Shown one piece after another: positions 58,002 through 64,000 of a stretch of DNA of 64,000 nucleotides; positions within the stretch are counted from its first letter, which is position 1, and each line of letters begins with the position of its first letter. Location: contig CAMYMV010000018.1 in the NCBI GenBank assembly GCA_947259585.1, positions 15,415 to 79,414 on the forward strand. Direction: 5' to 3'. Origin of the DNA: an uncultured Gemmatimonadales bacterium. Lineage in GTDB: Bacteria; Gemmatimonadota; Gemmatimonadetes; Palauibacterales; Palauibacteraceae. The translations under genes were made by a program, and so were the position numbers. Under the pieces are notes generated by a model. That model saw only the letters and a list, made by a program, of their open reading frames with translations, was not told where the DNA came from and searched no databases.

Positions 58002-59321
58002 TCAGGCGGGTAGGCGGGCTCCCGCTCTGCAGGCCGCCACGTACTCCTCTTCGGCTTCGGCGCAGAGGGCGGCCCGCGTCTCGTTGTCGGCCACCAGCGT
58101 GGCGATCTCCTCGCCGAGTCCCCTGTAGCACATCGTCTTGTGGCCAGGGTCGTCGACCACCCGGCAGAACTCGAGGCCGCTCTCCGCCTCTGACGTCCAG
58201 TCTACGAACGCCTTGACGACTCCTACGTAGCACCAGCCGCGATACGGCTCGCTGCCGGCTCGGCAGTGCCGTTCCGCCTCCTTGGGATCCTTGGTTCGAG
58301 CCGTTATGTCCCGCCCGAGACTCTGATGGCAGGTGGCGCGCATGGCCGGAGGTGCGACATCGCAGCTTCGCGACGCGGCCGCGATATCGTTGCCGTTCAA
58401 CCAGAGCATGACCGATGTCTGCATCAGGTAGCACTGATGCTGATAGCGGTCGTCCATTACCGAGCACGGGTACAGCGGGTCGGTGGGATCGACCGCCTTC
58501 CAGCGCTTCTCGCCAGCCACCCCGCGATCTCCGCGGTGGTCGTGGCCGGCCGCCTCGTCCCCGTCTTCCGACGGCGCGTCCTCCTCGTCGCCGTCGGATG
58601 CCAGCATCATCGCTGGATGGTGTGGCATGGTGGCCGCCATGACGTTCTCCATGAACGCCCCGCCATAGCAGGATTGTCGGTCCCAGTTGTCGCTGAGCAG
58701 ATCACAAGCCTCGAGTGCCCGTGGCAGGTGATGGTCGAAATACATCGTCAACCCGTGGCCCATGCCGTGGATGCACTGGAAGAGGATCCACCGGCCCTCC
58801 TCGTCGTCCCGGTAGGGGTCGCAGAGGGCTCCGACGATCTCGACGTCGGCGCTCCCGCGCTCGTCGAAATAGGCCTGGATCACGCCGTGGTAGCATCCGG
58901 ACGAGAAGCTCTCGGTACAGCTCGAGAAGGTTTCGGTGACATCCGGCGACATCTGGTACGCCTCGATTCCGATGTGATGGGCGTATACATGAGCGTCGCG
59001 AGAGACGTCGCCGTCGAGGAGGACCAGGTAATCCAGCGTGGTCATCGTGGGCCGCACCCCGACTCTCCCCAGCTCGAGGGTGAGTCCGGCCTGGTAACAG
59101 TCGATCTTCTCCTGCCCCGTGAGGTCGCCGCACTCGGCGAGCAGAGCGCGCGCCTCCGGCGCCGAATCGGCCGGGATTCCGGAGTCCCCACCACCGAGAG
59201 CCGTCACGTCGAGTGTCGAAAGGAGCCGACCGCGGCCCACGACCGCGATCGTGACGACCGCCAAGACGGTTAGGAAGACGGCGCCGGCCAGAATCCGAAA
59301 GTTCCGGGATGAAGGGGTCAT
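58002..59321 (-). CDS. Membrane-anchored Cys/His-repeat hypothetical protein
   Basis: N-terminal TM; repeated C-x(7-13)-C-x-H/x-G helical units; start ATG 59321. Confidence 0.75.
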   Translation of the reverse strand: MTPSSRNFRILAGAVFLTVLAVVTIAVVGRGRLLSTLDVTALGGGDSGIPADSAPEARALLAECGDLTGQEKIDCYQAGLTLELGRVGVRPTMTTLDYLVLLDGDVSRDAHVYAHHIGIEAYQMSPDVTETFSSCTESFSSGCYHGVIQAYFDERGSADVEIVGALCDPYRDDEEGRWILFQCIHGMGHGLTMYFDHHLPRALEACDLLSDNWDRQSCYGGAFMENVMAATMPHHPAMMLASDGDEEDAPSEDGDEAAGHDHRGDRGVAGEKRWKAVDPTDPLYPCSVMDDRYQHQCYLMQTSVMLWLNGNDIAAASRSCDVAPPAMRATCHQSLGRDITARTKDPKEAERHCRAGSEPYRGWCYVGVVKAFVDWTSEAESGLEFCRVVDDPGHKTMCYRGLGEEIATLVADNETRAALCAEAEEEYVAACRAGARLPA

Positions 59322-59329
59322 GCTCGAGA

Positions 59330-60409
59330 CTATACGTCGGCCAGGAGGCCGCGGTCCACCTCGTCGCAACTCCGGCAACCGCAGAGCCCCAAAGCGACAT
59401 CGAGCTCCTTGCGGAGGATCTCCAGGACCTGTCCGACGCCCTCCTCGCCGTTCGCGGCCAGCCCCCACAGGATGGGCCGTCCCACCAGAACCGCCCTGGC
59501 GCCGAGGGCCAGAGCCTTCACGACGTCCGTTCCCCGCCGCACGCCGCCGTCGACCAGGACCGGAATGCGTCCATCGACCGCCTCCGCCGCCGCTGGAAGA
59601 GCATCGATCGTCGCGACGGACGTGTCCAGCTGTCGCCCGCCGTGGTTGGAGACGATGATGCCCGCCGCGCCGTGCTCGACGGCGAGCCTGGCGTCTTCGG
59701 GGTGCACGATGCCCTTGATGACGACGGGAAGAGTGGAGACATCGGCCAGCCACGCCAGATCGCTCCAGTCGAGCGTCGGATCGAAGAGCGAGACTACGTA
59801 GTGCGCGAGGCCGGAGTCGGACTCTGACCGGTGGATCTCGTCGAGTCCGCTGGGCATCAGGTTCGCCATCTGGAGGCCACTCGGCAGATGAAAGCGGTTC
59901 CGCACGTCCCGTTCCCGCGTCGGCCAAACCTGTGCATCCACGGTGAGGACGATCGCCGCGCATCCCGCCGCTTCGGCACGCTCGACGAGGCCGCGGGTGG
60001 CCTCTCGATCCCGGTAGACGTACAGCTGGAACCAGAGCGGCCCGTCCCCGGCGGCCGCGACCTCCTCGATGCTGCAGTTGGAGAGCGTGCTCAGCGTCAT
60101 GATGGTCCCGGCCGCGGCCGTGGCCCTCGCCGTTGCGAGCTCGCCGTCGGGGTGGGCGAGCTGGTGAAATGCCGTCGGCGCCACGAGAACCGGCATGGAG
60201 ATCCGGCTGCCGAGGACCTCCGTCGACAGGTCACGCTCGCTCACATCCCGCAGCACCCGATGGTAGAGTCGAAGGCGGTCGTACGCCGCGTCGTTCTCCG
60301 TGAGGGTGATCTCGTCGAAGGAGCCGCCTCGATAGTAGTCGTACGCCATGGCAGAGAGCTTCTCGCGCGCCGCCGACTCGAAGTCACGGATGCTGATGAA
60401 GTCCATCAT
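59330..60409 (-). CDS. FMN-dependent alpha-hydroxy acid oxidase
   Basis: WFQLY, SNHGGRQLD, DGGVRRGTD. Confidence 0.93.
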   Translation of the reverse strand: MMDFISIRDFESAAREKLSAMAYDYYRGGSFDEITLTENDAAYDRLRLYHRVLRDVSERDLSTEVLGSRISMPVLVAPTAFHQLAHPDGELATARATAAAGTIMTLSTLSNCSIEEVAAAGDGPLWFQLYVYRDREATRGLVERAEAAGCAAIVLTVDAQVWPTRERDVRNRFHLPSGLQMANLMPSGLDEIHRSESDSGLAHYVVSLFDPTLDWSDLAWLADVSTLPVVIKGIVHPEDARLAVEHGAAGIIVSNHGGRQLDTSVATIDALPAAAEAVDGRIPVLVDGGVRRGTDVVKALALGARAVLVGRPILWGLAANGEEGVGQVLEILRKELDVALGLCGCRSCDEVDRGLLADV

Positions 60410-61917
60410 CATCGTCCCCTGCCTGGTGGTTCTTCGCTCAGGACCCTGGAGACCGCGCGCTTCCAGCCCGCGCAGAGAGCTTCCCGGCGCTCCTCCTCCA
60501 TTCCGGGCTCGAACTGCCTTTCGCTCTGCCAGAGGGATTCGATCTCATCCAGGCAGCTGAAGAATCCCGCATCCAATCCGGCGAGGTAAGCGGCGCCCAG
60601 CGCGGTGGTCTCTGTCACCTTTGGCCGCTCCACGGGAAGCGCCAGAATGTCGGACAGGAACTGCATCGCCCAGTCGTTGGCCACGAGACCGCCGTCCACG
60701 CGCAGGCTGAGGAGGTCGGCACCCGAGTCGGCGGCCATCGCACCCATGAGGTCGCGCGTCTGATAGCTCACCGCCTCGAGCGCTGCGCGCGCGATGTGCG
60801 CGACGCCCGTACTGCGCGTGATCCCGAGGATGGCTCCTCTGGCGTCGGGGTCCCAGTAGGGCGCGCCCAAGCCGACGAATGCGGGGACGAGATAGACCCC
60901 GCCCGTGTCCTCGACGCCTGCCGCCAGGGCTTCGGTCTCGGCCGCTTCGTCGATGACGCCGAGCCCGTCGCGCAGCCACTGAACGGCCGCCCCGCCGACG
61001 AAGATGCTTCCCTCCAGCGCGTAGGTCACGACACCGCCGAGGCGCCAGGCGACGGTGGTGAGGAGCCGGTTGCGGGACTCGATCGGTTCCGTCCCCGTGT
61101 TGAGAAGGGCGAACGTCCCGGTCCCGAAGGTGCTCTTGATCATCCCCGGAGTGAAGGCCGTCTGGCCGAAGGTAGCGGCTTGCTGATCTCCCGCGACGCC
61201 CCGGATCGGGATCGGCCTGCCGAAGAGCTCGGAGGAAGCCTCGCCGAACGAGCCCGAGCTGTCCCTCACTTCGGGCAGGATCGACTCCGGAACGCGGAAG
61301 AGGGCGAGCAGGTCCGCGTCCCACGCCTGCTCGTGGATATCGAACAGCAGCGTTCGCGAGGCGTTCGTCGCATCCGTGGCGTGCACGCCGCCGTCGGTGA
61401 GATTCCACAATAGCCACGTGTCGATCGTTCCCGCCGCGAGCTCGCCCCGCTCCGCCGCCGCGCGCGCGCCTTCGACGTGGTCGAGAATCCAGGCGAGCTT
61501 CGTCGCCGAGAAGTACGGGTCGAGGAGAAGCCCGGTCGTCCGCCGCACCCCGTCTTCGTGCCCCTCGTCTCTGAGCCGGCGACACTCACCGGCCGTCCGT
61601 CGATCCTGCCATACGATCGCGTTGTGGACCGGCCGTCCATCCGCGCGGCGCCAGACGACCGACGTCTCCCGCTGGTTGGTGATCCCGATGGCTGCCACGT
61701 GCGACGGGTCCATTGCCGAGGCGGAGATCGCTTCGCGGCAGACCGCCAGCGTGTCCCGCCAGATGCGCTCGGCGTCGTGTTCGACCCACCCGGGATGGGG
61801 GAAGATCTGAGGAAGCTCGCGTTGGGCGCTTCCCAGCGGCTGCCCCGCCTCATCGAACACGATCGCCCGCGAGGAAGTAGTGCCCTGATCGATCGCCAGG
61901 ATGACGTGCGGGCTCAA
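60409..61917 (-). CDS. glpK: Glycerol kinase
   Basis: [33 protein letters not shown]; start TTG 61917 inferred. Confidence 0.96.
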   Translation of the reverse strand: MSPHVILAIDQGTTSSRAIVFDEAGQPLGSAQRELPQIFPHPGWVEHDAERIWRDTLAVCREAISASAMDPSHVAAIGITNQRETSVVWRRADGRPVHNAIVWQDRRTAGECRRLRDEGHEDGVRRTTGLLLDPYFSATKLAWILDHVEGARAAAERGELAAGTIDTWLLWNLTDGGVHATDATNASRTLLFDIHEQAWDADLLALFRVPESILPEVRDSSGSFGEASSELFGRPIPIRGVAGDQQAATFGQTAFTPGMIKSTFGTGTFALLNTGTEPIESRNRLLTTVAWRLGGVVTYALEGSIFVGGAAVQWLRDGLGVIDEAAETEALAAGVEDTGGVYLVPAFVGLGAPYWDPDARGAILGITRSTGVAHIARAALEAVSYQTRDLMGAMAADSGADLLSLRVDGGLVANDWAMQFLSDILALPVERPKVTETTALGAAYLAGLDAGFFSCLDEIESLWQSERQFEPGMEEERREALCAGWKRAVSRVLSEEPPGRGR

Positions 61918-62057
61918 GAGCGTGGGCGGCGATCGATGGCCGCCGATGGGTGATTGGCTATCTTGCTCCTCCGAATCGGATAGGTCCCGGGCAGAATAGA
62001 CCGGATCGACCCGAGATTCCACCACTGTGGGGAGAGCGACGTGAGGCGGTATCCGCG

Positions 62058-63380
62058 ATGAGCGGCGGCAGCCCGACCCGAGCCTGGCTCCAGACCTTCG
62101 GGTGCAAGGCGAACCAGTACGACACCGAGCGCATGCGGCAGGAGCTGGAGCGCTCGGGCGCCGTGGCGGTGACCTCGGCGAGCCGCGCCGACGTGGCCGT
62201 CGTCAACACCTGCACGGTCACCGCCGAGGCCGACCGCGATGCCCGCCGAACCATCCGGAAGCTGGGCCGGGAGCACCCTGGACTCCGCATCGTCGTGGCC
62301 GGTTGCTCCGCCGCTCTTCGGGAGAGCGAATACTCCGCGATGGACGAGGTCTGGCGCGTGGTCCCCGGGCAGGATGCGGCCGCCGTGGCACGAGCCGCCG
62401 GTCCGCTGGGACCTGCGGCGCCGAACGGGCCCGGGCTCGTCGAGCTCCGAGGCTCGGATCGGTCTCTCCTGACCCGCTTTCGAAGGGGCACGCGGGCGTG
62501 GCTCAAGGTGCAGGATGGCTGCGATCGGCGGTGTTCCTTCTGCGCCACCCGCCTGGCACGCGGAACGAGCCGATCGCGCGATCCCGATGAGCTCGTCCGC
62601 GAAGCGGCGCTGCTGAGCCGGGGGCATCCCGAGATCGTCATCACCGGGATCCACATCGGCCACTACGGGTCGGACCTGGCCGAGCCCGTGACGCTCTCGG
62701 GCCTCTGCCGCCGTCTGCTGGATGAGGTGCCGGACGTCAGGCTGCGGCTGGGATCGATCGAAGCAACGGAGATCGACGATCCCCTCGTCGATCTGCTCGC
62801 CGGCTCGGGCGGCCGCCTCGTCCCCCACCTGCACCTGCCCATGCAGAGCGGGAGCGACGCGGTGCTGAGGCGCATGCGGCGCTGGCATACACGGGAGGCG
62901 TATCGCTCCCGAATCCTGGAGATCGCCTCACGACTCCCCTACCTCGGTCTCGGAGCGGACATCATCACCGGCTTCCCCGGCGAGACGGATGCCGATCACG
63001 AGAGCTCCCGGCGTCTCGTCGAGGAGCTGCCCTACACCTACCTGCACGTCTTTCCGTTCTCGGCCCGGCCGGTCACGGCGGCGGGTGACCTGCCGAATCA
63101 GGTGCGTCGGCGGGTGAGGGCGATTCGAGCGCGTGACTTGAGAGAGATCGGGCTGGCCAAGGGGAGATCGTATCGAGCCTCACGCCTGGGCTCGACGGCT
63201 CACGTCGTCGTGGAGACGCTGGCGGTGCGAGGAACGGACGGGCGGGAGGCGACGGGGACGACCGAGGATTACCTGCGCGTCGAAATCCCGGCGGGAAACG
63301 GAGCGGCCGGCCAGCGGCCCGGCGTGGTGCTGAGCGGGCTCCTGACCGGCTACCCGGATCGCCTTCAGCTGCGCGCCTGA
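62058..63380 (+). CDS. mtaB: tRNA methylthiotransferase MtaB-like radical SAM protein
   Basis: [34 protein letters not shown]. Confidence 0.88.
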   Translation: MSGGSPTRAWLQTFGCKANQYDTERMRQELERSGAVAVTSASRADVAVVNTCTVTAEADRDARRTIRKLGREHPGLRIVVAGCSAALRESEYSAMDEVWRVVPGQDAAAVARAAGPLGPAAPNGPGLVELRGSDRSLLTRFRRGTRAWLKVQDGCDRRCSFCATRLARGTSRSRDPDELVREAALLSRGHPEIVITGIHIGHYGSDLAEPVTLSGLCRRLLDEVPDVRLRLGSIEATEIDDPLVDLLAGSGGRLVPHLHLPMQSGSDAVLRRMRRWHTREAYRSRILEIASRLPYLGLGADIITGFPGETDADHESSRRLVEELPYTYLHVFPFSARPVTAAGDLPNQVRRRVRAIRARDLREIGLAKGRSYRASRLGSTAHVVVETLAVRGTDGREATGTTEDYLRVEIPAGNGAAGQRPGVVLSGLLTGYPDRLQLRA

Positions 63381-63429
63381 AGGAGGACCGCTCTCGGGCC
63401 CGGCGCGCGGGATCCGAACTTAGGCGCCG

Positions 63430-63966
63430 CTAGCGAAGAACCTCGAACGGCACGGACGCTCTCGTGTCGGCCCATTCCAGAAGGAGCGTCCCTTCGTCCG
63501 GGCCTCGCGGATAGAGCACGACCCGGAAACTCTCGACCGGTTCCTCCAGCTTCTCGACCTCCATCTCGACGCGAGCGAGGTCCATGTCCGGGTGGTATTC
63601 CGTGCCCCACTGTCCGGTCTGCCGATTGACGATGAGCGTCCACTCGTCAGGGCCCGGAATCGTGTAGAGCGTGTAGTCGCCGGCGGGCACCTCGGCATCT
63701 CCGATTCGGAGGTTCGCCTCCGTCGAGAACGACGTGGCTTCGTTCGCCCCCGTGCGCCATACCTGCTTCCATGGAACGAGGCCGCCGAAAATCACGCGAC
63801 CGCGCACCGAGGGGCTCGAAAACGCCACCTTGATCTGCCGGCCCGCCAGCTCGAGCTCGCTCGAATCGGGGGGGCTCAGGCGTTGCTGGGCCCCGAGGTC
63901 GGGTGCTGCCGCCAGGGCGATGATGAGGCCCAAACCGGCCGCCTGGCCAAAGCGCGCTGTCTTCAT
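63430..63966 (-). CDS. DUF2911-like secreted protein
   Basis: Signal peptide; SP.VRGR.IFG.LVP...WRTGANEAT, GQWG. Confidence 0.85.
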   Translation of the reverse strand: MKTARFGQAAGLGLIIALAAAPDLGAQQRLSPPDSSELELAGRQIKVAFSSPSVRGRVIFGGLVPWKQVWRTGANEATSFSTEANLRIGDAEVPAGDYTLYTIPGPDEWTLIVNRQTGQWGTEYHPDMDLARVEMEVEKLEEPVESFRVVLYPRGPDEGTLLLEWADTRASVPFEVLR

Positions 63967-64000
63967 CTTCGAGTCTCCTCGTTCACTGCACACCAACCTT

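Overview
High-GC bacterial chromosome segment. Gene content and lipoprotein families suggest Gemmatimonadota (inference, not verified). 1-25.5 kb is mostly housekeeping and metabolic: dinB fragment, glyQS, nth, amgK/rapZ-like fusion, broken murU, queG, a multicopper oxidase/ZIP pair, and a glcD-glcE fusion with glcF. A 9-tRNA cluster follows at 25.6-26.5 kb. A ~10.5 kb tyrosine-integrase island sits in tRNA-Lys(CTT), bounded by a 48-bp direct repeat at 26490-26537 and 36985-37032. Its co-oriented, mostly exported or membrane cargo genes are separated by six copies of a conserved ~75-130 bp intergenic element, which resembles an integron-like cassette array with a non-IntI recombinase. Next come two convergent type IV minor-pilin operons with three sigma54-type promoters, two TadG-like paralogs, a truncated pilW copy, a broken tRNA-Arg and three more tRNAs. 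At 51.6-56.9 kb lies an ECF sigma / zinc-finger anti-sigma / lipoprotein TPR-CHAT protease / small lipoprotein module. The window ends with ferritin, a Cys/His-repeat protein, an alpha-hydroxy acid oxidase, glpK, mtaB and a DUF2911-like gene. All calls come from motif reading by eye; no database searches were run.
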